A stretch of DNA of 64,000 bases from Patescibacteria group bacterium. Its GTDB lineage: Bacteria; Patescibacteriota; WWE3; JAUXAW01; JAYEID01. Below, piece by piece: positions 35,222 through 44,746 of this stretch (position 1 is its first letter; the number at the start of each line of letters is the position of its first letter). Under the pieces are notes generated by a model. It made no database searches. It saw only the letters and a list, made by a program, of their open reading frames with translations, and was not told the origin of the DNA. The DNA lies in the NCBI GenBank assembly GCA_034659915.1, contig JAYEID010000013.1, positions 74,917-138,916 of the forward strand, in the 5' to 3' direction. A program made the translations under genes and the position numbers.

Positions 35222-37006
35222 ATGATTTTAAAGAAGTTGAAAAAAAGTCTGAAGTCATTTTTACAAATTTTTCTTACGCGGGATTTTTGGATTTATTTTT
35301 CTAGTTCCTTGCTATTAGCTTTTTCAATAATTTTCTTTGCGTATCATTTAGCTTACGCTAGGAAAACTATTCCTGGAGTGCGAATGTTGGGTTTGGATTT
35401 AAGTAATAAGAGTGAACGCCAAACACTATCTCTACTAAAACCGCGTTTGGTGGAACTGGAATCTGCTAATTTGCAATTTTCTTATCAGGATAAGGTATTT
35501 TCTAAGAGTATGTATGAATGGGGTGTTCGTTATGATGCAACCTCTTCTGCCCAAAAAGCATTTGCTTTTGGAAGAAGTGGTCATGTTTTTAAGACAACTA
35601 AGGATAAGTTTCAGGCTGGTACGGCGGGAGTTTCACTTCTACCAGTAGCTTCCATTGACGAACAATCTTTTTCCGCTACTTTGTCTGAAGTTGCTGCTGA
35701 TGTTGGCAAGCCAAAGGAGAATCCCTATTTTGCACTGGTTGAGGGTTCTTTGGAAGTTGTACCTGGTGAGAGTGGTTACGAGATTGATGAGAATAGCTTC
35801 CAAGAACTGATCTTGCGGGCGGCGCAGGAGCTTGACTTTTCTCAAAAAGAATTACCAATAGAAGAAGTGGAGCCAGACTACACTAAAGCAGATCTGGAAA
35901 ATTTAGAGGTTGAGGTAGCGGAACTGTTGGTTTCCTCGCCCAAGCTTACGTTTGGATCTCGCACTTGGACCCTGTCTGAGCAAGAAATTCTTAAGCTTTT
36001 GGATTTCGAAGTAGCACCTGAAAATCCAAACAAAATACAAATTACTACTAATGAGGAGGGGCTTAGTTCTTTTGTTTCCTCCTTAGCAGCCTCCATAAAC
36101 CAACCAATGCGCGGCGGTACTTTTGAGCTTCAGGATGGGCGTGTTATTGATTTTGCTTTACCCCAGCCAGGGTATCACTTGAAAGAAGAAGAGGCAAAAC
36201 AAGTAGTTTCGGAAGTTGTTCTTGATCTCGAGAAAAGCGAAGTTGAATTGCCGGTGGAAGTTAAGGATGTACAGGCTAATGCAAATCAGTATGGAATTCG
36301 TTCTTTATTAGGAACAGGATCTTCCAATTTTAGCGGTTCTAGTTTGGGTAGAATTCATAATATTGACCTTGCCTCGTCCCGGCTGGATGGTATTTTGATT
36401 CCTCCTGGCGAAACTTTTTCTTTCAATGAGACGTTGGGTGACGTAAGCTCAGAAACCGGATACAAGACCTCCTATGTTATAAAGGATGGGCGTACTATTT
36501 TAGGGGTGGGTGGTGGAGTTTGTCAGGTTTCAACTACTATGTTCCGGGCAGCTCTAAATGCGGGGTTGCCAATTGTGGAGCGCGCAGCACACGCCTACCG
36601 AGTTCACTATTACGAGCAGGATAAGGGACCGGGGTTTGATGCTACTGTGTATTCCCCCTCGCCAGATGTTAAGTTTGAAAATGATACCCCAGCTCATGTG
36701 TTAATCAAACGTTATTACAACCCATCTACCTCTACCTTGCAGTTTTCTTTCTATGGTACTTCTGATGGGCGTACTGTTAATATTGTGGGTCCCATAATTC
36801 ATTCTCAGACCCCTCCCCCGGAGCCAGAGTATATTGAAGATGAATCACTAGAACCGGGAGAAACAAAGCAGGTTGATTGGGCAGCTTGGGGTGCTAGGGT
36901 TACAGTGAAAAGAAAAGTGACCCGGGGTGGGGAAGTTTTGCATGAAGATAATTTTTATAGCAGTTACCAACCTTGGCGAGCTGTGTATTTAGTAGGGAAG
37001 GAATGA
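35222..37006 (+). CDS. VanW-family protein
   Basis: N-terminal TM, then SGYEIDE... and the VanW core GVGGGVCQVSTTMFRAALNAGLPIVERAAHAYRVHYY. Confidence 0.7.
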   Translation: MILKKLKKSLKSFLQIFLTRDFWIYFSSSLLLAFSIIFFAYHLAYARKTIPGVRMLGLDLSNKSERQTLSLLKPRLVELESANLQFSYQDKVFSKSMYEWGVRYDATSSAQKAFAFGRSGHVFKTTKDKFQAGTAGVSLLPVASIDEQSFSATLSEVAADVGKPKENPYFALVEGSLEVVPGESGYEIDENSFQELILRAAQELDFSQKELPIEEVEPDYTKADLENLEVEVAELLVSSPKLTFGSRTWTLSEQEILKLLDFEVAPENPNKIQITTNEEGLSSFVSSLAASINQPMRGGTFELQDGRVIDFALPQPGYHLKEEEAKQVVSEVVLDLEKSEVELPVEVKDVQANANQYGIRSLLGTGSSNFSGSSLGRIHNIDLASSRLDGILIPPGETFSFNETLGDVSSETGYKTSYVIKDGRTILGVGGGVCQVSTTMFRAALNAGLPIVERAAHAYRVHYYEQDKGPGFDATVYSPSPDVKFENDTPAHVLIKRYYNPSTSTLQFSFYGTSDGRTVNIVGPIIHSQTPPPEPEYIEDESLEPGETKQVDWAAWGARVTVKRKVTRGGEVLHEDNFYSSYQPWRAVYLVGKE

Positions 37007-37090
37007 GAGGTTGCCTCTTTAACCTCCGGGGGCCTATTTTTATCTATTCAGTTTAGTTTTTTCTGATTACAAGTTACCAGTTACGAATTA

Positions 37091-38554
37091 CTAGTTACCT
37101 CTTTTTAGCGCCTTTTTAATCTTACTCTTCGCTTCGTTGGTCTTAGCGCAATTTAACCAATCAGGTGAGGGTCCTTTACGGCTTTTATCGGTGAGGATTT
37201 CTACTACTTGTCCGGTTTGCAGTTTGGAATCTACCGCAATTAATTTTCCATCTGCCTTTGCTCCAGTGCAGCTGTTTCCGAGATCAGAGTGTATCTTGTA
37301 GGCAAAATCAATAGGAGTTGCTCCTTGAGGCAAGTCTAAAACATCTCCTTTGGGTGTGAGTACAAAGACCCTATCTGTATAAACATTTATTTTAAGTGCT
37401 TCTTCGAATTCCTTATTTCCTCGTGTTTTTTCTTTCCATTTAACTAAGTCTTTTAACCAGGATGTGTATTCCTTTGGTGCTCTTAATTGGCTTCCTTTTG
37501 TTCTTCCTAGTTCTTTATAAAAGGCGTGTGAGGCGGGACCGTATTCGTTGTATTCGTGCATTTTCCACGTACGGATTTGGAATTCGGCGATTCTGTTTTC
37601 CTCACAAAACACAGTGGTGTGAAGAGATTGGTATCCATTTGGTTTGGGATGGGCGATATAATCGCTAAACCTTTCCCCCGGTTCCCAAAAATTGTATACA
37701 ATATCCAAAGTTTTATAGCACTCATCAGTTGTGTTTATAAGGATTCGAAAAGCTTGGACATCGTGCAATCTTTTCAGGTATTCCCGGCTTGTTTCTCCTG
37801 CTTGTTTCTCGCTCTGCATTTTTCTATAAATGCTGTAAAAGTGTTTAGGACGTCCGTAAATTTCTGCGTTGATTCCCTGCTTTCTCAATTCTTTTCTTAT
37901 CTTTTTGCGCACCTTTTGAATATATTCGTTGCGGCCTTCTCTGGTTTCTTCTAGGAAGTTTTGAATTTCGGTGTGCGCTTTGTGGTTAAGGTACTTAAAA
38001 GCCCAGTCTTCCAACTGCCATTTGTAATAGTAAACGCCCAGGCGTTCAGCAATTGGCGCGTATATATCAAGAGCTTTTTGGGCTGTTTCTTCGCGTAGTT
38101 CTTCCGGTAAGCTTTCTATTGTTTTTAAGCTGTGTACTTTTTCTGCCAGTCGGATGAGCATTACGCGGATATCTTTGACTGTTGCCAAAAGAAGTTTTCT
38201 AAAATTTTCGGTTTGGGTCCAGCCGCCTGTTTTGGTTTTTACTTTTTTAATTACTGAAACCCCGTCAACAAGTTCGGCTACCTCTTTCCCAAAGTTTTTT
38301 TGTAGTGATTCTTTGGTTGTTTTTTCGTGTTCAATTGTGTCATGGAGAAGTCCCGCAGCAATGGCTGTACTCTCCATTTTTATATCTGCGAGAAGGTGGG
38401 CAACCTCCAGGCAGTGTTCAATTAACGGTTTCCCGCTTAAACGTTCTTCCCCTTCGTGGGCTTTTTGTGCATATTTGTAGGCTTTTTCAACTAGCCCAAA
38501 ATCCGCATTGGGGTTATATTTCTTAATTTTGTTTTTCAGTTTGGTAATGCTCAT
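37091..38554 (-). CDS. second short RelA/SpoT homologue (HD + synthetase + TGS)
   Basis: AAGLLHDTIEH HD motif, YIAHPKPNGYQSLHTTVF...EFQIRTWKMHEYNEYG synthetase, TGS block VFVLTPKGDVLDLPQGATPIDFAYKIHSDLG; 487 aa. Confidence 0.75.
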   Translation of the reverse strand: MSITKLKNKIKKYNPNADFGLVEKAYKYAQKAHEGEERLSGKPLIEHCLEVAHLLADIKMESTAIAAGLLHDTIEHEKTTKESLQKNFGKEVAELVDGVSVIKKVKTKTGGWTQTENFRKLLLATVKDIRVMLIRLAEKVHSLKTIESLPEELREETAQKALDIYAPIAERLGVYYYKWQLEDWAFKYLNHKAHTEIQNFLEETREGRNEYIQKVRKKIRKELRKQGINAEIYGRPKHFYSIYRKMQSEKQAGETSREYLKRLHDVQAFRILINTTDECYKTLDIVYNFWEPGERFSDYIAHPKPNGYQSLHTTVFCEENRIAEFQIRTWKMHEYNEYGPASHAFYKELGRTKGSQLRAPKEYTSWLKDLVKWKEKTRGNKEFEEALKINVYTDRVFVLTPKGDVLDLPQGATPIDFAYKIHSDLGNSCTGAKADGKLIAVDSKLQTGQVVEILTDKSRKGPSPDWLNCAKTNEAKSKIKKALKRGN

Positions 38555-38696
38555 TTTACTCTAGCTGGCCGTATACCGCCGCATTCCTTAGCCCCTGGGG
38601 CTTCTCCTGCGGTGGCGTTTGGTATGCAGTTGTTTTTTTTGTGTTGTCTTTCATGATAGGTTAAAGGGTTTAGGCTTGTGGCTGGGTAGAGGAGCC

Positions 38697-39899
38697 TTAG
38701 CCCTGGGTAATTTTGAGGAAAGAATTTTTGCCGTAGCGAATTAGGCATGGTTTGGCGATCAAGGTTTTGGGATCAGTTATGTTTTTTCCGTCTATTTCCA
38801 CTGCGTTTTGTTGGACGCGGCGCTTCGATTCACTCTTTGAGGGTAGGGCACTGGATTGTTTTAGGAGTTCATCTAGTTCTAAACCCTCTTTTGGGAGTTT
38901 AAAGGTGGGAACTGCTTCTATTTTTCCTTCTTCTTCTCCAAAAATTTTCTTTGTGTCGCGTGCTACTTTTTTTGCAGTATCTTCTCCGTGGACAAGTTTT
39001 GTAACTTCAAATGCCAACTTCTTTTGCGCTTCTCGCGGATCTCTGAGAAGGTCCTCTATTTTCTCTAATGGTAAAAATGTTAGGGTTTTTAGCATAATGG
39101 GAACAATTTCGTCTGGTACTCCTTGAAGATATTGGTAGAAATCAAATGGATTAGTTTTTTCTGGATCCAACCAAATTGTTCCTTCAGCAGTTTTTCCCAT
39201 TTTCTCACCACTTGGTGTGGTTATTAATGGGTGGGTAATTGCGAACGCATCTTCACCATGTTTCCTGCGGATAAGATCAACGCCGGCTAAGATATTTGCC
39301 CATTGATCGTTGCCTCCAACCTGGATCTTGCAATTGTGGTTTTCAAAAAGATATAGAAAATCCCACCCTTGAAGTACAGGGTAACAAAATTCTAGCAGGG
39401 AAAGATGGCTTTCTGATTCCAAACGCCGGGAAAAAGTTTCCATTTTAACCATTTCGTTAACTGAAAAGTGGCGGGCAACTTTGAGTAAGAAATCATCTAG
39501 AAATCGAAATTTCGAGAGCCACTTATTATTATCAAGCATTAAAGCCTTGTTTTCACTATCAAAACTAATCAATCCAATATTTTCAACTTGTTTTTTTAGT
39601 GATTCCGCGTTTTCGGCAACAGTCTCAGGGTCTAATAATTTTCTCGAAAATGCCTTGTCGGCGGGATCTCCAATCTTACCTGTACCCCCGCCAATGAGAA
39701 ATATAATCTTGTGTCCGGCTTCTTGTAAGTGGTGAAGCATCATCAGTGGCATAAGGTGTCCTAGGGTGAAACTGTCCGCCGAAGGGTCAAATCCTTGATA
39801 AATTGTAGCCCTTTCCTTTGCGAGTAAAGAGGCAACCCCCTCGTCATTCGAGGTCTGGCTTATGTACCCACGTTTTTTTAGCTTTTGGAGGATGTCCAT
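38697..39899 (-). CDS. tyrS: tyrosyl-tRNA synthetase
   Basis: TLGHLMPL (HIGH), KMGKT (KMSKS), C-terminal S4-like region; 400 aa. Confidence 0.9.
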   Translation of the reverse strand: MDILQKLKKRGYISQTSNDEGVASLLAKERATIYQGFDPSADSFTLGHLMPLMMLHHLQEAGHKIIFLIGGGTGKIGDPADKAFSRKLLDPETVAENAESLKKQVENIGLISFDSENKALMLDNNKWLSKFRFLDDFLLKVARHFSVNEMVKMETFSRRLESESHLSLLEFCYPVLQGWDFLYLFENHNCKIQVGGNDQWANILAGVDLIRRKHGEDAFAITHPLITTPSGEKMGKTAEGTIWLDPEKTNPFDFYQYLQGVPDEIVPIMLKTLTFLPLEKIEDLLRDPREAQKKLAFEVTKLVHGEDTAKKVARDTKKIFGEEEGKIEAVPTFKLPKEGLELDELLKQSSALPSKSESKRRVQQNAVEIDGKNITDPKTLIAKPCLIRYGKNSFLKITQG

Positions 39900-39972
39900 A
39901 AAAATACAACTAGAAATGTTATAACTACAACCCTACAAAGGCTTAGCCTTTGGAAGCCTGTTCTTACAGTGT

Positions 39973-40986
39973 TTATGAAGGTAGGACTTTGTCTAGGTCC
40001 ATGGCTTTTTTGGCTAGTTTTAAAGTTTCTGCGGCTTCGGCCCGAGCTTTTTTTGTTCCCTCATTCAGGATTTTTTCAATTAATTCTGGCTGTTTTTTGT
40101 ATTTTTTACGCCGTTCTCGAATGGGGTCAAGAAATTCGTTTATTGCTCGGGCTAACTTTTCTTTTACCTCTACATCTCCTACTTTACCTTTCCTATATCT
40201 TTCTTTCAAATCCTTTACTTCCTCTTTTTCGGGATTAAAAGCGTTGTGGTATATAAATACAGGATTACCTTCTACTTTGCCTGGATCTGTGGGATGGATG
40301 CGGTTAGGGTCCGTGTACATACCCATAACCTTTTCTTCTACAACTTCTGCTTTATCAGAAAGGTAAATACAATTATCCAACGATTTACTCATTTTTGCAT
40401 TACCATCAAGGCCGACTAGGGTGGGCACTTCACCAATTAAAGGTTCTGGTTCGGGGAAGGTTTCACCATAGAGATTGTTAAAGCGCCGTGCAATTTCTCG
40501 GGTTAGCTCTACATGAGATTGCTGGTCTTTTCCTACTGGCACAAGATCAGCGCGGACCATTAAGATATCTGCTGCTTGTAGTACGGGGTAGGTAAGTAGA
40601 CCTAGGGAAGGTTTCTTAATATTTAAATCGCGCATTACTTCCTTTAGCGTTGGTATTCTCTGACAACGGGGGACGCTGACCAGCATTGAAAAAAGTAAGG
40701 ACAGATAAGTAACCTCGGGGATTTGAGATTGAACGTAGATTGTTGACTTTTCTGGGTCAACTCCTACTGCTAGGTAATCCAAAACCATTTCGTGAATATT
40801 TTGGGGAAGTTTTTCTAAATTTTCCTTTTCTGGGGCTGTGGTTAAGGTGTGTAAGTCGGCAATGATGAAGAAGCACTCGTAGTCATCCTGCAACCGCACT
40901 CGGTTTTTAAGCGAGCCAACATAATGCCCCAAGTGTAATTTCCCCGTTGGTCTGTCACCTGTTAGTATTCTTTTTTTGCTATTCAT
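39973..40986 (-). CDS. trpS: tryptophanyl-tRNA synthetase
   Basis: [28 protein letters not shown]; 337 aa. Confidence 0.9.
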   Translation of the reverse strand: MNSKKRILTGDRPTGKLHLGHYVGSLKNRVRLQDDYECFFIIADLHTLTTAPEKENLEKLPQNIHEMVLDYLAVGVDPEKSTIYVQSQIPEVTYLSLLFSMLVSVPRCQRIPTLKEVMRDLNIKKPSLGLLTYPVLQAADILMVRADLVPVGKDQQSHVELTREIARRFNNLYGETFPEPEPLIGEVPTLVGLDGNAKMSKSLDNCIYLSDKAEVVEEKVMGMYTDPNRIHPTDPGKVEGNPVFIYHNAFNPEKEEVKDLKERYRKGKVGDVEVKEKLARAINEFLDPIRERRKKYKKQPELIEKILNEGTKKARAEAAETLKLAKKAMDLDKVLPS

Positions 40987-41002
40987 GATGATTTCCTTTT
41001 TG

Positions 41003-41031
41003 ATTATACACTAATAATTAGCCTGTGCTAA
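41003..41031 (-). promoter_or_regulatory. sigma70-type promoter for trpS (TTAGCA-17-TATAAT)
   Basis: Minus strand reads TTAGCAcaggctaattattagtgTATAATcaaaaaggaaatcatcATG, with an AAAGGAAA SD-like stretch. Confidence 0.5.
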
Positions 41032-41056
41032 GTTTGAGGAAGAAGGTTGGGTATAA

Positions 41057-41088
41057 AACAAAAAAACCGCCCCTTGTTATAAGGACGG
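41057..41088 (-). terminator. strand-specific Rho-independent terminator
   Basis: Minus-strand RNA CCGUCCUU-AUAACA-AGGGGCGG forms an 8-bp stem only with two G-U wobbles (these would be C-A mismatches on the plus strand), followed by UUUUUUU. Confidence 0.6.
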
Positions 41089-41327
41089 TTCGTAAAGAAA
41101 CGTGTTGCCACCTTATTTTATCCAACTATTACTAGTTGAACCTTTGTACCGACTTTGTCCTGATTTTAGTAGAAGGACAACAACGGTATGCTATTTGGTA
41201 ACGGATAGCTGCCGGAGAAAGCTACTTAGTTTTACCTGTTCGCCTTTCAGCCTGTCCCGACTCCACCAGTTGGGGGGATCGGGGCGGAAGAGGCCCATTC
41301 TCCTCTTCATAACCTTTCAATTGACGT
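41062..41327 (-). ncRNA. candidate small RNA (or 39-codon sORF transcript) of unknown class
   Basis: Bounded by TTGACA-17-TGTACT (41335-41363, minus) and the terminator at 41057-41088. No minus-strand ORF of 60 aa or more, only a possible 39-codon sORF (MKRRMGLFRPDPPNWW...) with GAAAGG 2 nt upstream; remaining roughly 150 nt untranslated. Confidence 0.35.
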
Positions 41328-41383
41328 GATTATTAGTACACCATATTTGGGCTTTATTGTCAAGCAGTTTAGGAGCTTTTAGC

Positions 41384-42613
41384 TTATACAGGTTTGACCT
41401 TTTCTTGATTATAACCGATTGGTGGTTTAAGGATTTTGTTGGCAGGGAGGGATGTAGCATGGACAATCTTTTCGCCAAAGTGTTGGTTTATTTTATCTAC
41501 TGTTTTGGTTAGCTCTTGCCAATTAGTTTTGAACATGTTTTGCGGCATGTTTTTTTCTTTAGTTAGGTTAGAGACACGGATTCCTACCAGTCTTATATTT
41601 TCAAAACCCTTAAATTTTTTGTAAAGTTTTACACAGGTAGCAAATATTTCTCTCGCATCTTGAGTATAATAAGAGATTGATTTTTGCCTAGTTTGGGTTT
41701 TAAAATTTAGATTTCTAAGTTGCAGTGTAATTGTATTTCCAAAAACATTTTTGTTTCGCATCTTTCTGGCTATCCTTTCTGCAAGCCGAAAGAGGACTGG
41801 CTTTGCAGCCTCAAAGGTAGAAACCTCTTTAGGTAGAGTAAAAGAGCGGCTGATTGATTTTTCCTTTTCTTCTTGCCAGTAGGGTACAACAGGCGCGTTA
41901 TCAATTCCCTGTCCAAATAGTTTCAAGTTTTGTGCGCTTGAACCAAACACCGCTTTTAAGTTTTCTAATGGATAGTTGCCTAGTTCAGCAAGAGAACTTA
42001 TCCCCATTTTTTCCAGCTTAGCTGCAGTTTTAGAACCGATGCCACAAATTTCTTTTGGGATTGTATTTTTAAGTAGAGCTGGGATATTTTTCCTTTTTAA
42101 GATAAAAATACCGTTTGGTTTTACTTTTTGGCAGACTAGTTTAGCAAAGGTTTTATTAGGTGCAATACCAATAGAAGCTGTAATATATTTTCCCAGCTGG
42201 TTCCTAATCTTCTTTTTTATTTGTTGTGCTAGCTTTAATTCTCCGCCAAATCTTTCAACCGTGTCGGTTATATCGAGGAAAGCTTCATCAATAGAAAATA
42301 TTTCTAGAATAGGGGAGAACTCTCGCATAATTTGAAGCCAGGTTCTACTGCACTTTTGGTAATTTTCCATATGACCTTGCACAAACCGGATCTGGGGGCA
42401 AAGTTCTTTTGCTTCCCAGGTAGGCATTCCAGATTTAACACCAAAAGGTTTTGCTTCGCGTGAGGCTGCTGCCACTACAGTTCTGGTTCCTGGCTTTCCT
42501 GAAACACCAATTGGTATTCCTCGTAACGAAGGCTCTTGCTGTTGCTCTACTGAAGCAAAGTAAGAATCCATATCCAGGTGTAAAATTTTCCGTTCTCTAC
42601 TGTGGCAGTCCAT
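41384..42613 (-). CDS. dinB: DNA polymerase IV (Y-family)
   Basis: ILHLDMDSYFASVE N-terminus, TASIGIAPNKTFAKL, little-finger region; start taken at the internal ATG 42613 (ORF track opens 48 nt upstream at 42661). Confidence 0.85.
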   Translation of the reverse strand: MDCHSRERKILHLDMDSYFASVEQQQEPSLRGIPIGVSGKPGTRTVVAAASREAKPFGVKSGMPTWEAKELCPQIRFVQGHMENYQKCSRTWLQIMREFSPILEIFSIDEAFLDITDTVERFGGELKLAQQIKKKIRNQLGKYITASIGIAPNKTFAKLVCQKVKPNGIFILKRKNIPALLKNTIPKEICGIGSKTAAKLEKMGISSLAELGNYPLENLKAVFGSSAQNLKLFGQGIDNAPVVPYWQEEKEKSISRSFTLPKEVSTFEAAKPVLFRLAERIARKMRNKNVFGNTITLQLRNLNFKTQTRQKSISYYTQDAREIFATCVKLYKKFKGFENIRLVGIRVSNLTKEKNMPQNMFKTNWQELTKTVDKINQHFGEKIVHATSLPANKILKPPIGYNQEKVKPV

Positions 42614-42844
42614 TAAATATATTTTACGTGAACTTGCCCTAAGAATCGATAACCCCTCCACCCTATCAAAACAACCGTAATAGACCTCCGAGGTCTAGGA
42701 TCCTATGGGAATGGTGTTTGAGGGGTAAAAAAGAGCTATTAAGTTATCATCTCTTCTTGTTCCTGTCCCCGCAGCTCTAAGATACCTCGGAGGTCTAGAA
42801 GTGTTGGGAGATGTGGTTTTTGTGTTACTATTTTTATAGAGATT

Positions 42845-43210
42845 ATGAGTGTTAGGTTTGATTCTACACAGTTTGGTAGTGTAACTATTAATGGCAAACA
42901 GTATAAAGATGTCCTGGTTGTGGGCGAGGAAATTATTCCCCGTGATTTGGATGTGTTGCACAAGCGCTACGGTACTGGGCATAAAATTGCTCCTGAGGAA
43001 TTGGATAAATTGTTAGATGAGAAACCTGCTTTCTTGGTTATTGGTACGGGGCAGACTGGTGTGCTTCACATTCCGGATAGTGTACGGAAAGAGGTTAAAG
43101 ATGCTGAAGTTGACTTGATTGCCAAAATAACACCCAAAGCTATTGAGAATTTCAATGCTTTGAGAGAAAAAGGTAACAGGGTAAACGCGTTGATTCATGT
43201 AACGTGTTAG
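42845..43210 (+). CDS. Mth938-like (DUF498) domain protein
   Basis: 121 aa; AFLVIGTGQTGVLHIPDSV and C-terminal NALIHVTC resemble the Mth938 family. Confidence 0.45.
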   Translation: MSVRFDSTQFGSVTINGKQYKDVLVVGEEIIPRDLDVLHKRYGTGHKIAPEELDKLLDEKPAFLVIGTGQTGVLHIPDSVRKEVKDAEVDLIAKITPKAIENFNALREKGNRVNALIHVTC

Positions 43211-43224
43211 GTATTTTTCTGGAG

Positions 43225-43692
43225 CTAGAGGGTAGTTTTTAGGAAAGTGAGAGTTTTGTCTTCCTTTAGATCTCGGACTACTATTAGTTCTAAATCCCTT
43301 CCTCCTTTTTGGTATATCCAGGCTTCTCCACCACTTGGTTGAAAGGTCTTTACACCTTTCCAGCGGTTCTTTTCCAATTCTTTGTTGTAAAAATTTAGAA
43401 CTTCTTCAACTGGTTTTTCTGTTTCTAGAATCAGATGAATCCTTTGCTGGTTCTGGCTTTGATTTTCAGTAGCCTGTATTAGCTGGTAGTAATTTGGGAT
43501 GGGTATATCCTCGGGCCAGTTAGAGGGAAGATCAGACTGAGTTCCAAAAATTGTTCCTTTGTGTTCTTGCGCAAACTGGGGCAAGAGATTACCCTCTTCC
43601 TTAAAAATCCAAAGTCCTGTTCCTATAAAGAAAGTACTGAGCAATGTTAAGAAAGCCCCAATTTTTACAGAGTTTGCTATTTTAAAAGTCAT
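43225..43692 (-). CDS. hypothetical membrane-anchored protein
   Basis: 155 aa with N-terminal TM (IGAFLTLLSTFFIGTGLWIF); no recognised motif. Confidence 0.45.
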   Translation of the reverse strand: MTFKIANSVKIGAFLTLLSTFFIGTGLWIFKEEGNLLPQFAQEHKGTIFGTQSDLPSNWPEDIPIPNYYQLIQATENQSQNQQRIHLILETEKPVEEVLNFYNKELEKNRWKGVKTFQPSGGEAWIYQKGGRDLELIVVRDLKEDKTLTFLKTTL

Positions 43693-43809
43693 TACAACCT
43701 AATATTATCAGAGGAGATAAAGGTAGAACAACTGTTTCCTTGAGGAAGGGTGTTGAAGGTATGGTATAATAACCTTGCTTGGTCAGGTTTGTGTAAATTG
43801 AGGTTTAGT

Positions 43810-43885
43810 GGCCCCATCGTCTAGTGGCCTAGGACGTCGCTCTCTCAAGGCGGAAACACGGGTTCGATTCCCGTTGGGGCCACCA
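43810..43885 (+). tRNA. tRNA-Glu (anticodon CTC)
   Basis: Acceptor GGCCCCA/TGGGGCC, D-arm GTCT-AGTGGCCTA-GGAC, anticodon stem TCGCT/GGCGG (two G-U) with loop CTCTCAA, T-arm ACGGG-TTCGATT-CCCGT, discriminator A, CCA encoded. Confidence 0.8.
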
Positions 43886-44266
43886 TCAGAAGGTGTATTG
43901 TAAATTTTTGATTTGGGGAGATAGAACTAAGATTCTGGTAAAGCCTTTCCGTGTAGTAAAAACCACAGTGAAAAACTATATAATTGTTAGGTTTTTGCTC
44001 GTTGTTTTTTAAGTTTGACAATTCTAGACTGGTGTGTTAATTTTATCCACTGCCAAGCAATTGGCTACTTAGAGGAGTTATATTTTTTATCCGGAAGTAC
44101 TTTCTCTTCCACCTTGAATTAATAATCATAAGCCGTCTTACAAAGTAGCGTTAATTGTTTCCGTTTTTCAGAATAATAGAGTTCCCTAGAGGGGGTAAGG
44201 TGGTTTTGTGATAATTTATTGAAACAGTGGTTATTTTAAAGGGGATGGTTAGTAATTTAGATAGCA

Positions 44267-44746
44267 ATGATAGCAATGAAAGAAAAGCAGAAGAAAATTT
44301 TGACCCCGGGAGGGTACAAAAAACTGAAAGAAGAGTACGAAGAACTAACTCAGGAGAAAAGAAAAGAAATAGCTGAGAAAATTCGCGAAGCTCGCGAGCA
44401 AGGGGATCTTTCGGAAAACGCTGCATATAAGGCAGCTAAGGAAGAGCAAGTGTTTGTAGAGCGGCGGATTGATGAACTTGAGACTGTTTTGCGGCAGGCC
44501 AAAGTTGTTGAGCGTAGTAATGATGCTTGTGGTAAAGTCGACCTAGGGTGCAAAGTGCAAGTTTATTTGGAAGGACAGAATCATGAGTTTTTTATTGTGG
44601 GTGCCGAGGAGGCAAACCCAACTGAGGGCAAGATTTCCTATGAGTCGCCCTTGGGGCAAGCGCTAATGGGTAAAGCTCCGGGGGAGCGGGTTGAAGTAGA
44701 AACTCCAGGTGGTAGAATAACTTATATTGTAAAGGGGATTGAATGA
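44267..44746 (+). CDS. greA: transcription elongation factor GreA
   Basis: N-terminal coiled coil with GDLSENAAYKAAKEEQ, C-terminal FKBP-like KISYESPLGQALMGKAPGERVEVETPGG. Confidence 0.85.
   Translation: MIAMKEKQKKILTPGGYKKLKEEYEELTQEKRKEIAEKIREAREQGDLSENAAYKAAKEEQVFVERRIDELETVLRQAKVVERSNDACGKVDLGCKVQVYLEGQNHEFFIVGAEEANPTEGKISYESPLGQALMGKAPGERVEVETPGGRITYIVKGIE

Noticed and set aside
41255-41285. Plus-strand CCCGACTCCACCA resembles the tmRNA/tRNA 3' acceptor end
   Set aside because: No adjacent T-arm (GGxxxTTCRANYCCxxx), no tag-peptide reading frame, and the promoter/terminator signals support a minus-strand transcript instead.
42614-42844. LexA/SOS box upstream of dinB
   Set aside because: Neither the CGAAC-N4-GTTCG nor the CTGT-N8-ACAG consensus is present; the palindromes found have a different sequence.
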